Shown one piece after another: positions 1-13,900 of a stretch of DNA of 64,000 nucleotides (the first letter of the stretch is position 1; each line of letters opens with the position of its first letter). Under the pieces are notes generated by a model. It saw only the letters and a list, made by a program, of their open reading frames with translations, was not told where the DNA came from and did no database searches. The position numbers were made by a program, and so were the translations under genes. Origin of the DNA: Podarcis liolepis (taxonomy: Eukaryota); NCBI GenBank assembly GCA_965112155.1, contig OZ218106.1. One strand, 5' to 3'.

Positions 1-983
1 AGTTGTGCTCCCCTAAATCTGCCTCTGAAAGAACTGTTTAGATGCAGCATGTGAATAACTAAATACTTCTATACATTATCCTAAAAGGACCCATTGGCCG
101 CTACAGAGTCATCTATAAGGCCTTGCAGATTCCAGCCGACAAGGTAAAATAAGAGGGCAGACCCCTTTTTCATCCTTATAATATGCCATGGAAACGACTG
201 TGGTGAAGGCTACTATATGAACTCCCACACATATGCATACAAAGAGTTTTAGAGTTCTTTACCACTGCGCATTTTCCACTGTATATTTCCAGCACTTACA
301 TAAAAGCCATTTCATAGCCCTGCTTCCATATCAAAGAGATAAATATCTAAGGGTTCTATTCAACCTTCTGCAAGCTGCAGTGGGAGTTGGGAATCGCTTC
401 AAACTAGGCAGAGGAATTTGTGTGTCAGATTTCAGGCGATTTCATGCTCCCACCTGCCACCTGCACAATCTGCAATGATTGGTAGGCCCTTACTACCCTC
501 TGGAAAGGCTTTTTGGGGCAGAGGGAGATGCAGGCAGAGAAGAGAAAGGAAGAGAGACATTGTATAGGCTTGTCTTCTGCTCCCTGCACTGCTGGTTGCA
601 ACTGCTACAGTTTAACTGAGATTCACATGAGAAATAATACACTGCTGTTACATTCCTGTGAGAATGTGGCCTGGTTAATGTATCAAGAAAAGAAATTATT
701 TTACCAATGTTTTCTAAGCTTGAAATTGTGATAACTTCAAAAGCAATGTCAGTGAGCTTCTAGCAAAGATATCCATTGGACTTGATTGTCTGTGTTTGTA
801 TATAGACCTATTTAATAATGTTTTTAAAAAAAATCTCATGCAAACACAAGTCTTACCTCCACCCAGGACAAAGTTAGTCCAATAGGATTAAACTCAGCAA
901 GTATTTTAATAAAACTATACAAGAAAAATGACTTAACCATAAGGACAATGCAGCACTAATGCGTTTCATAACTACTGTCTTAC

Positions 984-1215
984 CAACTGGAAAAGGGTCA
1001 GTGAACATGTCACTTCGGTTCTCCTTCCAGGCCACCAGGTATTTGATGTTGGCGTAATCTGCAGCTTCTGTGCGACTGTTATATTTCAGCATCATGTTAT
1101 GAGCTTTCCCAATGCCACAATATACCTTTGTCTCGTTCACTAGAGCCCAGTCCGAAAGAGAATTTGCTGTATCAAATGCCTGATCAAAATACTCGCAGGC
1201 CTTGGAGTAGTTACC
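984..1215 (-). CDS. TTC29: TTC29 coding exon 9 (232 nt); gene probably continues beyond the left edge
   Basis: tttattag|GGT...G|gtaaga; GNYSKACEYFDQAFDTANSLSDWALVNETKVYCGIGKAHNMMLKYNSRTEAADYANIKYLVAWKENRSDMFTDPFPV matches recalled ETKVHYGIAKAHQMM...LLSWKESR. Confidence 0.95.
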
Positions 1216-1969
1216 CTAATAAAAGAAAAGACAGGTACGTTCCAGTTTTCAAATACTCCAGCATTTCTTATTTTCCCCACTTGCAGCCTTTAAGAGGTTG
1301 CAGTTTGTTGCATACTGAATCAACAAAGTGGCAAATTGTCATAGATACCCTTGGATTTACAGCTTTACATTATTGACTCCATTTTGTACCATTTAAAATG
1401 GAAAGAACATTAAACAGCAGACCAATACTGGAAGTACAGTAACTTAAAAGGATAATTATCCTCCTGTGATGACCTTCCTTGTCTGATGAAAAACGGGGAG
1501 GGAAAATGCTATTGACTCTACTCTTTACCTTTTGCAAAAGCAAGAATCCTATTCTCCCAATACAAGCAAGGAACATGGAGGAGGCACTTAAATTTATGGT
1601 TTGGATCATCTCAGAGAATTGCTAGAACCCTGAATTACTGCCACTGTCACTTTCCCCTATAATCTTACTCTCTACAGTAAAATGTTCCACTACGACCTTT
1701 AAGATCAGCTGGGAAGGCTCCCTTAAACATACTCAATATATAGCAAACATGTACCAAGTCAGGACTGCAAGGTTACGCAGAGATGGGTGTTCCCTAGTGG
1801 TCTGGACTCTTCTTCCCCCCTTAAGACTTGTCTACACCTAAGTCTGTACAGTGTATATTTTCTGGAAGCAGTGCCTGATAGTCAAATCTTTTTGTGGCCA
1901 GGAATAGGAGTAGAATAATTAGAATATGGTTACCAGCTCCAAGTCATTGACATGCAGTAGATTATAAAC

Positions 1970-2010
1970 CAAAACAAACAAACAAACAAACAAACAAACA
2001 AACAAACAAA
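1970..2010. repeat. (AAAC)n microsatellite
   Basis: Seen directly. Confidence 0.95.
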
Positions 2011-2269
2011 ATGCCCGCAAATAAAAGTGTGCCATAAAGGTATACTTGAAATCTAGAAAGACAATAATGATGATGGACATGGATAAGCACTTCCATGTTA
2101 GGTGAAAAATAGTATAAACATTAAATAAGATACTCAGGTCCTTATTCAACCCTGAAATTCAACCCCACGTTTTGTTTAGAAAATAGCCTGAAGATATATG
2201 ATACAGTATATATGCAGTTAGGTGTTGCTGAATTCACTTTATCAAGCATTTATCTGGGGTGTCGTGATG

Positions 2270-2432
2270 ACAGTGCTAGACAAGGACTGGCGAGATCATG
2301 ATTCACATCACTACACAGCTAAAAAGGTTACTAGGTGACCTTAGGCCACTCACTCGCACTCTGCTTAGCTTACCTCACAGGGTGTGGGGTGAAATAAATA
2401 TGTGCACTGCCCTGAGTTCCTTGGAGGAAGAT
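2270..2432 (+). mobile_element. Old tRNA-derived MIR/Squam-like SINE
   Basis: gtgctagac...ggtgaccttaggcca...cttacctcacagggt core followed by a gccctgagttccttggaggaa L2-like tail. Confidence 0.55.
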
Positions 2433-2787
2433 TGAAACCAAAAGGAAGAGTGGAACAAATAAAACTATTTTTGTGATAGCCTTCCACTTTTAATCTAAGT
2501 TTATAAAAAGTAAAATTAATGTAGCACATGTCTATGCCACCTTTCAACCAAATAGTTCTCAAACACAGTTAATGTAGAGCAAAATACAAACAACAAAAGC
2601 TACTCCCAATAATTGGGTAATTCTCTAAAATGATGTGGGGTGTGCAGCTGGGGGCTGCAGCAAGAGGGACAACTGGCAGAAATTAGCGAGGATCCTATGC
2701 ATCCAGTCATTAATCTGTAACACATTCATAAAAGTTACTTTCTGCATATACTGAAACATTAAAACACATGTGTGGAACTAATTCATA

Positions 2788-3147
2788 GGTAAAGGTAAAG
2801 GTAAAGGGACCCCTGACCATTAGGTCCAGTCGTGGCCAACTCTAGGGTTGCGGCGCTCATCTCGCTTTATTGGCCAAGGGAGCCGGCGTACAGCTTCCAG
2901 GTCATGTGGCCAGCATGACTAAGCTGCTTCTGGCGAACCAGAGCAGTGCACGGAAACGCTGTTTACCTTCCCGCTGGAGCAGTACCTATTTATCTACTTG
3001 CACTTTGATGTGTTTTCGAACTGCTAGGTTGGCAGGAGCTGGGACCGAGCAATGGGAGCTCACCCTGTTTTGGGGATTCGAACCGCTGACCTTCTGATCG
3101 GCAAGTCCTAGGCTCTGTGGTTTAACCCACAGTGCCACCCGCGTCCC
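2788..3147 (+). mobile_element. Sauria SINE, full length
   Basis: (GGTAAA)n head, gggacccctgaccattaggtccagtc body, cgtccc end; TSD TGGAACTAATTCATA at 2773-2787 and 3148-3162. Confidence 0.92.
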
Positions 3148-3332
3148 TGGAACTAATTCATAGTTATTACTAAATAGATATTCCAGTGACTATGGACTCT
3201 CTAGGCTTCTCCATGTTACTTGTTCATGTGAGATACACATGCATAATGAAAAAAGTTAGTTGATTGGAATTAATTTTCTAACTCTCCTGGTTTTTTTTTT
3301 TTAAATTGTGCATGTCCAATTGGGCAGTTGGG

Positions 3333-3701
3333 CAGGGCTTTTTTTCAGCCAGAACTCACCGGAACTTAGTTCCAACACCTCTTTGGTGTGTTCCAGTACC
3401 TCTTTGTAGCGTACCAGCAGCTGTATAGCAGCATGGCGCCCAGAGCTGTGTGTCAGAGGCTTCAAGCTTCATGCCACTCATGGCTTTATGTCTGTAGCGT
3501 GTTGGGGTTGATGTAATGCGGCTGCAGCAATGCCGGCAGTGGGGCGATCAGGCAGAGAAGTGTTCCCCCCAAAAAACTGATCCCCCCTAAGAATGCTCCA
3601 CGTCTTTGGCTCCCCCTAAAGAAAAAAGCTCAACAACTTTGGGTTGTCTGTCAAAAAAAAGTGGGAGTTCCTGCACCTCTTTTTCTAGAAAAAAAGCACT
3701 G
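3333..3701. mobile_element. Non-autonomous hAT element
   Basis: TIRs CAGGGCTTTTTTT / AAAAAAAGCACTG; 8-bp flanks cagttggg / atgttggg (6/8 match); subterminal agttcc..cacctct repeats. Confidence 0.75.
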
Positions 3702-4922
3702 ATGTTGGGGCAGTTCTTCATATCCTAAAGAATCTGAAATCTCAATGAAGGAGTTGAGTCAAATCAAACTTGAATGAAAAGCATTAGAACATGAGCTATT
3801 CTCTGAAAAACTCTTTTGAACAGGTATTAAAAGATAACTTAAAGTGGTACTATATTTCATCTCCCGATTCAGAAAAAGGGCTTGATTAAGCAAACCAATG
3901 AACAGAAAACCTGACATTGTGTAGACTTTGGCACCAATCAAAGTGAATGATGAGCACCTAAGATTCACATCTGACACCACTCAGGATTCTGTATTTTACC
4001 CTCTTCAAAAGCTGGGAAGCAGTAAGCAGCACAGATGCCTGTCATTTTAAGACTGCAGTTTACTGTAATAGCCTAGTGCAGAAATCAGCTTTCCTGCTCA
4101 CTGAAGAATGGAATCACATTGGGGGAGTTTCAGTCACAGCTGAAGCTGCATCAGAATAGAACAATAAGATTAAATGTTTGACTTGCTAGCTACGGTTCAG
4201 ATGTCCAACCAGTTTCTGAAAGATATGCACTGTTACCATACAACCAGGATAATGCCGTCTTTTGTTGGTATGCAGGCCAATACCTCTGTACTTTTCAATA
4301 AATTGCTAGACTGAAAAGTTTTGGATCTTAACTACCTAAGTCAACCACAGCTCTTCCAAATGTGTACTGTGTATTTGCAGCTATGTTAGACTGTGCATCA
4401 AGTCATCATCTGAAAGTTACAAATGCTAAAATCACTGGGAAGAATTCATCATCATGCTAAGGCGATCATTTCATCAGGGCAAACATTTTGGCTTACCAGA
4501 TGGAATGACCCCCCAACCCCACCCTGAGATTTGTTGTGCAAGTAGAAATCCTTTTGCAGGGCTTCTCATTAGTTGAATCCCACCCATTTCATTTTAGGGC
4601 TATCTAAAGCAAGTACTCCTAAGATTTGCTACTGTTGGGATATGACACAAAAATAGCTAGGAAACATTATTCTCAGCAACTTTTCTTTCTTTCATGCATG
4701 CATGCATTAAAGTATTTATGACCCACACTTTCATACAAGCACATAAGGCATTCCAAGTTATATTGAAGTCATCAAAAGCATCCATAACAAACATCAATAA
4801 AAATAAACAAACAAACCATGTCGCAACTGCACATATATACTTATATTTAAGAATCAGATCATATGAATCCGCTGACGATGTTATACTTAATCTATGATAT
4901 AACTTCTCAAACTAATACTTAC

Positions 4923-5046
4923 TTTTTGGTTGTAAATATTTCCAAGAAATGTACATGCATCCACTAGACTTGGGCCAAGATTAACTTTGTTGGTAATAAC
5001 CATAAACTTTTCCATGTACTTAATAGCTTCCTCCACTTCTCCCAGA
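4923..5046 (-). CDS. TTC29: TTC29 coding exon 8 (124 nt)
   Basis: ttcttag|T...AAA|gtaagt; LGEVEEAIKYMEKFMVITNKVNLGPSLVDACTFLGNIYNQK; inside ORF 4887-5093. Confidence 0.96.
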
Positions 5047-6540
5047 CTAAGAAACAAAGCAACGAATAAACATTTAATGAGCAAATTCATCAAAGGAGCA
5101 AATTCACCATACCCTGACTGATTATAGTTGAAGCTCTGCTCAGCAATCAGTGCATTGAAATTTGTAAGGCAAAATTTTGTAGCTTGAAATTATTAGTGTT
5201 GTTTGCGGAAGAATTGTAGGCCGCAGCAGCTACATCACAGTTTGAAGGCTGGAGCTCATAAACACCATGGCCTCCTTCAAGATGTAATTGCTTCTCTTTA
5301 TCTGGGTAAGCCAAGGGTTGCTGGAGTCATACTACCTACCACATCTGCAGTAGATTGCAGGTGTTACCTCTAATTCCCAATTCAATATACACAACCTGAG
5401 GTCATTGCCAAATCTAAGCTGAATATTGGCAAATGTACATTGATAAGACATTTGCACATTTTTTAATAAAGCAAGCTATATTAACAACAAAGCACCTCCA
5501 CACCGCCATTACAACACACAGCCAGATGCTACAGTTTGTTTGTGGGTGAAACATCACACAGTTCCTCTTTCTGAGTCATAGCTGGTGACCTTAATATTAG
5601 CTGTGAACCTGAGTGTCTAATGTGGCAGTGCAGAAAACTAAATGTCACGCCACCAGTGAGCCAAAACCTCCAGTCCTAATATAGAAATGTGTAGAAACTA
5701 AAGTTTATAGGTAATGACAAAGGGAATTGTTCTCTTATTGTTTTAAAGAAGACGCTTCAAGTTAATTTTATGAAGCAAAAGACTGAGCTTTAAGAAATAA
5801 AAATATACCAACATAGTATATATATGTACCAAAATATGAATGGTGGTGTTCTCTAACCTCACATATGAACCATAGAAATAGAAGACAATATCTACAAAAT
5901 TGTAACAATGCCATGATGCCTCCACATGATTAAGTGGATCTAAATTGTAACAAACTGATAAAGTGCTTAACAGTGAAATCCTACATGTGTCTACTCATGT
6001 CTAATTGAGTTTAGTCTTAGGACTACAGTCCAAAATTTCCATGGGGTTAAAAATGGTCTAACATTTAACATTTTTTCATCCATAGAAAGTGTTTATTTTA
6101 TTACAATCAGGAGAAGGCGGCGAGCAAACATTCCTGGAATGTAAAATGTATTGCAAACATTTGCCATATGTCAAAAGGTTTCTAAAGTTTAAAATCAAAG
6201 TCACATTTTGATGGCTATTTTTCTTTCAAAGGGGAGAGAATCAAACATTTCCACCCAGAAGAACTGAACTGATTTATATAAGTTAAAGGACAAGGTTAAA
6301 ATGTTAGACAAATATTAATTCCAGTTTTTCTAGTTTTCTATATGCAGTGCACAGGTGCAACTTGAACAGCATATTATATGGTATAATCATTAAATTCATT
6401 CAACCAGACCTTAGAGAGTTAAAAACATATATTCTGAGGAAAAGTACTCCTTGGTCCAAAGAATGAGAATGAAACTGTGCAGAATATTTGTGTATCAAGG
6501 TGATTCCAGTTTCCAACTGGGAAAACAGGACTGTTAACAC

Positions 6541-6672
6541 NNNNNNNNNNNNNNNNNNNNNNNNNNNNNNNNNNNNNNNNNNNNNNNNNNNNNNNNNNNN
6601 NNNNNNNNNNNNNNNNNNNNNNNNNNNNNNNNNNNNNNNNNNNNNNNNNNNNNNNNNNNNNNNNNNNNNNNN
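6541..6672. other. Assembly gap (N run)
   Basis: Run of N. Confidence 1.
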
Positions 6673-7748
6673 TACTCAGAGTGAAGAAATCAAATAGAGC
6701 AGAGATGAAACAGCCACTGAGGGTTTTGTTGATTGTGCCACCACGTTTGTGGGTTAGAAGCTGAAAGTAATAAGTCAAATGGAATCAGTGACAGGAGAAA
6801 ATGTAAAAAGGTTTTCTTAATGTAATGAATTAATAGAAATGTTTTTGATGTATTTTTGATCTTTTTTGATATAGCATTACATGAACCTATATTCCATTTA
6901 CAAAAAATAAATACCATTTACCTAAAGAAAGAAAAAAGAAAGAAGAATTAATTTGTTCTATAATCAAAAGGCAATATGCCAACACAAAGCTTTATTTATG
7001 CCATGAGAATAAAACTCTGCTACAAGATTAAACAGGATTGAAACAGGTCTGCCAAATGATTATGCAGGGAGCAAACTCTAAACAAGCATTACTATCAGAT
7101 TAACATCTGTTGAGTTGAACTAAACTTTTCTTAATTATTTCATTTCATTTATATATCTTATTCATACAGAATGTGCATCTTGAAGCTTCAGCAGACAGAA
7201 GTGGCTATTTGTTATCTATAAGTCTTGTTTTCGAGATAGAGCTAGAAATTTCAGTGGAATTTCATCAGATTAGTAAATAGTGCCTTCCACTTTCTCACAC
7301 ATGCCTTCTCTGATACTGGCACAATCTGATGCTTTACAAATTACATTTACTCCTTGGTAACAGAAAACATCACACTATGTGACAGAAGCTACAAACACTG
7401 GGGGTAAAAACAGTTTTTTAAAAAAATTATGAAGAGTATGTTTAGGCTCTGTTAGAAAATACAGTCCATACCTCTGCAATGGATGAATGTTCCCTAGGAA
7501 GGTTTCATGTGTTGATTCCTACAGATCATTGAACTTACATTTACATGAGGCCTGTGATTTATGTTAGAAGGAGGATAAGGCATCTTGATGAAGAATTAAT
7601 TATTCCCAAATTACTGAAGCAGTTATTAAATAATCTGAGACCTGATGATTCTAATGAAGAAGCATTTCACTTCCTGAAGCTTTCAACTCTTCAATACTTC
7701 TTCGTGAATGATCAAACTATTTAAGGGTGGATGTGACCTCCTTTCTTA

Positions 7749-8110
7749 GGTAAAGGTAAAGGTAAAGGGACCCCTGACCATTAGGTCCAGTCGTGACCGA
7801 CTCTAGGGTTGTGGTGCTCATCTCGCTTTATTGGCTGAGGGAGCTGGCGTACAGCTTCCAGGTCATGTGGCCAGCATGACTAAGCCACTTCTGGCAAACC
7901 AGAGCAGTGCATGGAAACGCCGTTTACCTTCCCACCGGAGCAGTACCTATTTATCTACTTGCACTTTGATGTGCTTTCAAACTGCTAGGTTGGCAGGAGC
8001 TGGGACCAAGCAATGGGAGCTCACCCCATTGCAGGGATTCAAACTGCCAACCTTCTGATTGGCAAGTCCTAGGCTCTGTGATTTAACCCACAGCACCATC
8101 CGTGTCCCTA
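7749..8110 (+). mobile_element. Sauria SINE, full length
   Basis: Closely similar to the 2788 copy; imperfect TSD ctcctttctta / ctccttttctta. Confidence 0.92.
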
Positions 8111-10851
8111 TCTCCTTTTCTTAAAGGTGTTCAAAAGAACATTATAAATCACTTATCTGAGAGTCTCAGGCACAATATCCTATGCCTTGGCTCAACAGTT
8201 TGGGCTAGAAAACCATAGATTCCTGTGCATAGTTCAGTGTTTCTCAAACCTTTGGGATCCCTTCCTGAGCCTCAAGCGCTGAAATGCCTCAGACCTGCCC
8301 CCCCCAATATAATATAGCATGGGGTCACCTTTGCCAAAGATGCCAGCTACCTTTGTATGGGATCAGGAAGTCATATTAGAACGTGGAACTAGGAAACTGC
8401 CAGGTATGCTATGCATATGCTATCAACAAACAATGTGGCCATCAAGGAGAAATAAAAGTCACTAGCCAAATTATGGCAAGTTGGTATGATCTCAATGAAT
8501 GCCATTCATTTCCTGTCTGCACACAGTTTTTTCCCATTTTTTCACTGGAACCAAGTGCACAGATCTAAGTAGTAGGTAGTAGGTATAATCCTCCTAGTAC
8601 TGTGCTGTATCTTCTTCACTTATTTAAATGGGGTTCGAACAGGGCTCTTCTATAAATAATTTTGAGCTGAATCAAGACTGTACAGAATCAGCAGTTGCTA
8701 GCAAACACACAATTATATTAGCAGGGAAGCAGGCGATCATTCAAAGTAATATCTTTTAGCATAAATACCTAGCCCTTCAGTACATATCAATAGTAAATAA
8801 CAGGAATTCCTAAACTTTGTGCCATGAAAGGACTTTAAGTAAGCAATTAAACCTTAATTAATAATTACAGGATCTTGGGAACTGTACATGCTCACTCCCA
8901 AAGGAGTCTGCTGTATCACTGTTATGATGAGACTTGCATTCTTCTAAGTCTTTTTTGGAAAGTTGGCAATACTGCCGCATCTCTGCACTGGATATAAATT
9001 AATAATTCAGTTATTCCCAGCGTAGAGATCCAGGTGAATTGCCACTCATAGGTGGAGGCTTCCCACTGCCACTCTGCAGAAAGCACTCCCGAAATATGAA
9101 ACACAAGTTGTGTAAACTCTGCTGAAGGTGAGTAATTTCTCTTACACACTTTAAAAGTAAATCTGTTCAGGTGCCAAATGTGCCTCAGCTATTTAAAAGC
9201 ATGTAAACACCAGTGTATATTAATCTGAAAACAAGATGATTGTAGTTTTCTGTTCAAATTTCAAAAAACTACTTGTCATTAAAGAACATTATTTCTGTTT
9301 TCAAGAGCACTCAAAGATCAGACTTTTGCAACTCATCTCAGGCTATGATCTCTGCCAGATGGTCCCTTAACAATTTCAATAAAAAGAAAAGGATGCTACT
9401 ATAACAACACTATCTGCCTGCCATATACTCATATCACCTGCTTTCACAACCTCTAGAAGCAAAAGGACAGACAGGCTATCAGTAGTAGTCTTAGTCTTTG
9501 GAAAATAGTGAGGGAAGAAATTAGCAATCTTTGTAAGTGGTCATGTAGTTACAGCCACACGCATACAAATATGTAGCTTGTTCTTCAGCCTCTGAATTCC
9601 ATTACAATGTAAATCTTATTACATATTTCTTGCTGCTCATAGTAGTCCTAAATGTAAAATTAGTGGTGGTGGGGAAAGGATTGATCAAAGTACGCTGGCA
9701 GTGCCATTATTGCTTTTGGTGATGGAGCTCCAGTGACAATAAAGGAAATCTTGGAAGCATGTTCAAAAATCTATTTAGGTTTGTTTGCTTAAGTGTGTTG
9801 ACATGCATCTCAATATCTTCCAAGAAAGGAAAAATAAGGGCATTTTGGCCAGCAACACATTAAACAATCTGTTTTTGGAAGTAGCTCAACTTTTCTGCTT
9901 CTGAGATTCAGGACATTCAGGTTGAAAAATTGCAATATCTATAGTGATTACTGTAATTTTGTACATTGCCCTGAAAACATGCTGAAATGTAGTACATAAT
10001 TTTAAAAACAAAAAATTGATAAAATAGCCTGCTCTGAACACTAATTGTTAACAAACCAAGGAGCTCCAATACATACACTTAGTTCTTCACAACCAAAATC
10101 ATCTCCATGCATTTTAATGGAGGGAGCTGATCTCCCCATGCGTTGCTTTGCATCTGTAGTTTGCGTCCTTTTACGGAAACAAATGGGGACTTCTGTGCAT
10201 CCATGACCTCTGTAAGCATGTTAGAGAATATGTTCAACTCTGTGCTGGGATGACTGCACAGGATTTACTGACAAAAACATTAGTTTCTATCAATGATTCC
10301 CACTAAGTTCCAGGTGTTTCAATTCCCCCCCCATAATCCACACTTTCATGGCATATAATAATAATTTGGGATGATAGAAATTGAATTGTATTTACTAGAA
10401 ATTTTACTCATGTTCTAAAAGCTGGAAAAAGTGAGGCAGATCTAGATAAATAAAAACTTCTAAAGAAGAATTCTGGAAAGGTTACACTGTGGCATGCCTA
10501 TTGAAGCATGTTATAATTTTCTGTGCTTTCTGCTTTTTAGCCTGTAAGATATGACAGGATATTTGTTTTTCAGCCGTGCCTTACCCTTTCTGAAAGGCAA
10601 AAATAAACAACGCAACTTCCAATCCTGTTTAATACCCTCAAGTAAGATTATCGTGCACAAAGAAATGCTTTGATGCCTGATAAGGTATCTTAATTTAAGT
10701 AACTCCGAACTGAAAAGCCATATGTGGAAAAGCAGGCCATTGCTTAAAATTTAAGCAGTCAGTAATGGGAAGCAACAGACATCCAACAATTTAAGTTTTT
10801 CACAGCTGAATGAATTTACAGTGACAGTAAGACAAGGAGGCACTAACCTAC

Positions 10852-10943
10852 CTTGCCAGGACCTGAGCTATAGCTTGATATGCTCTCCCTAAACCAGCGA
10901 AATCTCCCAGTAGTTTGGATATTTCCAGATAAGTATTTAGCTT
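10852..10943 (-). CDS. TTC29: TTC29 coding exon 7 (92 nt)
   Basis: ctcacag|AAG...AG|gtaggt; KLNTYLEISKLLGDFAGLGRAYQAIAQVLA; phase 0/2. Confidence 0.94.
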
Positions 10944-13900
10944 CTGTGAGACAAAAAAGAAGATATAAACACTATTAGCAATTTATGCTTTGAAACCTTT
11001 TGTCCACATTGCGGGACAAAAATGGACAGCATTTATGTGAAAGCATTTGCATAAGGGATTTTTGTATAATTGTTTCACATCTCTGTAAACATTACGCATA
11101 CACACAAACTGTCTGATTTAATGAAAACATATCACTGTTCTAGCCTAATAAGAAGCTAAATACATGAATTTCAGTTAACAAAGCAATTTATACAATTTAC
11201 CAGTTGTGCATACATGCTTGGCAATTATGATATAACATCCTTAAATTCCATTAGTTGTACCCAGATTTGGCATCAATCATTCAAATGCACAATCTCCTTG
11301 TAATAGTTACTATGTATTTGTTTGGTTTATAATAGTCCAGAGGAATCCGTTATAATAGATTGTATAGAATTTAAAAGGGTAAACTTGAAAACAAGCTGTT
11401 GTATACAAATTTATTGTATGTGCTTCTAATAATCTTTGCACAAAAGTGATTTGTTAATATTCATTTAGAATGTAGTCTATTAATGTGACCTCTTCTGTAA
11501 ACAAAGGATTACAGCTGCCACAGTGAAACATATGAACTTAATTTAATTTAAACACTCACATAATCTGTATTGCATAATTTCTTTTCCAATTTTTTCAATG
11601 AGTCGCAGGAAAGCATGTATATATAATGAAATCTCATTCTTTCCTCCCTCCCTCTTAGTACCTTGACCCAATCTATTACACACATGAGGACACAAGAACT
11701 CTCCAAAGACTATCTATGGAAATCCTTTTTGCACATTTTCAAGAAAGGATTAGTGAATGTCATTTACGAGGTTTAATGGGGGGATGGGAAGTGAACAGGA
11801 AATCTATGCAAACCATGCTGGACAAATCTATGCAAACCATAAGGCTTTACTGATGTTCAGATGTACCTTAAGTGGAGCACATGCAGCCCAGTCCAAATGA
11901 ACCTTGACTAGTACACATCATAGGACAATCTTTTCTAAGGGTTGGCTAAAGTGGATCTCATCCATGTGAGCTAGAATACTTCACCTTTGCAGTGCTGACA
12001 GCCTGGAATGTGTCAGCAGCTACTATTTAAAAGACTAATACTACACTAGGAAGCTTGTAAGGGGATGTGGTCATGTCTAAAGTATTGAATAAAGTGTTGG
12101 ATAAAGTAGAGGTAAAGATCTAACTTCTGTGACCAGAGCATCACATAACTCTAGAAGCAGTTTATTGAACAAATTCTCTGTTTTCGTGCAGTCTTTCACA
12201 GTTCATAATGTGGTTCATAATGAAATTTCTGCCACTTTCGTATTCAACTGCCACAACCTTGCTTCCTTGCTATCCACCAAACAGCTTAAGTGTGGCCACG
12301 TTAGAATCCTGTTCCTCTTTTTGGAATATCTATATTATATTCAATAAAACACTTCTAAATAGGTAGCAGCATCTTTCTCGTTCTTTACATATAGGAGATT
12401 TCTTCCCTGTGCCCTATAGTTAGTGTGGATTGGACCTATGGATAATGCAGGGCATCAGAAGGAAAATGGATAATGCTAAAATATAGATACATATAAAGCC
12501 AATCCTAACATTCTGAAAAGTTTCTTCCTTAACACTGTAAAGGAGTGTGGCTTGGATCAAGAGCCAGTCATATTTAGAGAAGACTCTAATCTAAGTCCTA
12601 CTGATTTCAGTGAATCATCTCCAAGTATGACCAATGTCTGGATCTAATCTTATGTATTAAAAATGAATTTAATTTATTTCAGAATTTAGCTTTTAACCTT
12701 AATTGTCTTAGCAAACAATACACATATTACAAATACTACTAATTTCAACTCTGGGTAACAAGCATTTCTCTAGGTTTGCCTTTAAAATAAACATATATAG
12801 TATGTATAATAATTATACATATATACATTATTATATAATAAACATTATATAATGATGAAAATGTGGGCACATTCCACATTTGTCTATTCCCCCCTATCCT
12901 GGCATAGAGAAGCTATGTTTCACAAGGCTCAATAATGGTATGTTGGATAGAAATACACATTCCAATGCATAGGCATAAACCACTGCCTGTAGCAAAAGCA
13001 ATTCTAGAGTGGAAATATGTTAGCAGTATCAAGAAGTCACAGCAAATGTTGAAACAGAGCATTCCAGCTGAATGAAATAAAACAAAGTAAAAAAAACAAC
13101 TCCCGATGTACAGACAGGAGTGGTATAAAATGAGGTCTGAAATAATCTGTTTTAGAAGAAATGTTTGGAATACTCAAACCCAGCAGTAGGCTTAAATTAT
13201 ATTTATGTTGTCTTAGCATTAAATATGTATTTCCAAAGGTCAGACTTCAAGATGGAGGTCAGCTTCAACCCAACATTTGAGCTGTGGGCATTGTCTTACA
13301 GCAGAGAAGGGAAACACTCTTCCTTACCACTATCCATAAATCTGTCTTCATCATCCTTGACCATTCTAGTGTATTTTATAAGAGCCCGTGTACAAATCTG
13401 CCAAGCTCGAGTACATATTTTTTTCTAATGTACTATTTGTCTTCTGCTTCAAAGTATGTCTTGCTGAAGTCTTCATGAGTACTACAATTATTTTGGTTAC
13501 CCTAAAACATCATTTCCATCTTTCTCATTCAATTGCTTTCATTCCTCAACATAACATTGCAACCCCCTCATCTCTTGCATTTCAAACTTCTTGTTACTGG
13601 GTACTTTATAGACATTACTCCAGGCAACATTTCCCGCCACTGTCAAGTATCTGTAGATATATAAAATATACTACTATGTTGAATACCTAGATATACCCAG
13701 TGCTGACATTTCACACAATTGTATATCTACCAATGCACAATAATGTATCTTTCCGCTTTCAAATATTAGAATATTTGATTTGTTCTCCACATTCATTCTC
13801 CCTCCAATTTTCACAGAATTATGTAATAATACAAGAATAAACTTTTATGTTACGAAGTACACTAATATTAGTTTGATATTAGGAAACTGAAAGCCAGTTC

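Noticed and set aside
2870-3097. Recurrent similar 75-aa ORFs (2870, 7831, 18757, 23605, 29307) resembling a small gene family
   Set aside because: All are chance frames in Sauria SINE copies, with inconsistent frames and non-ATG starts.
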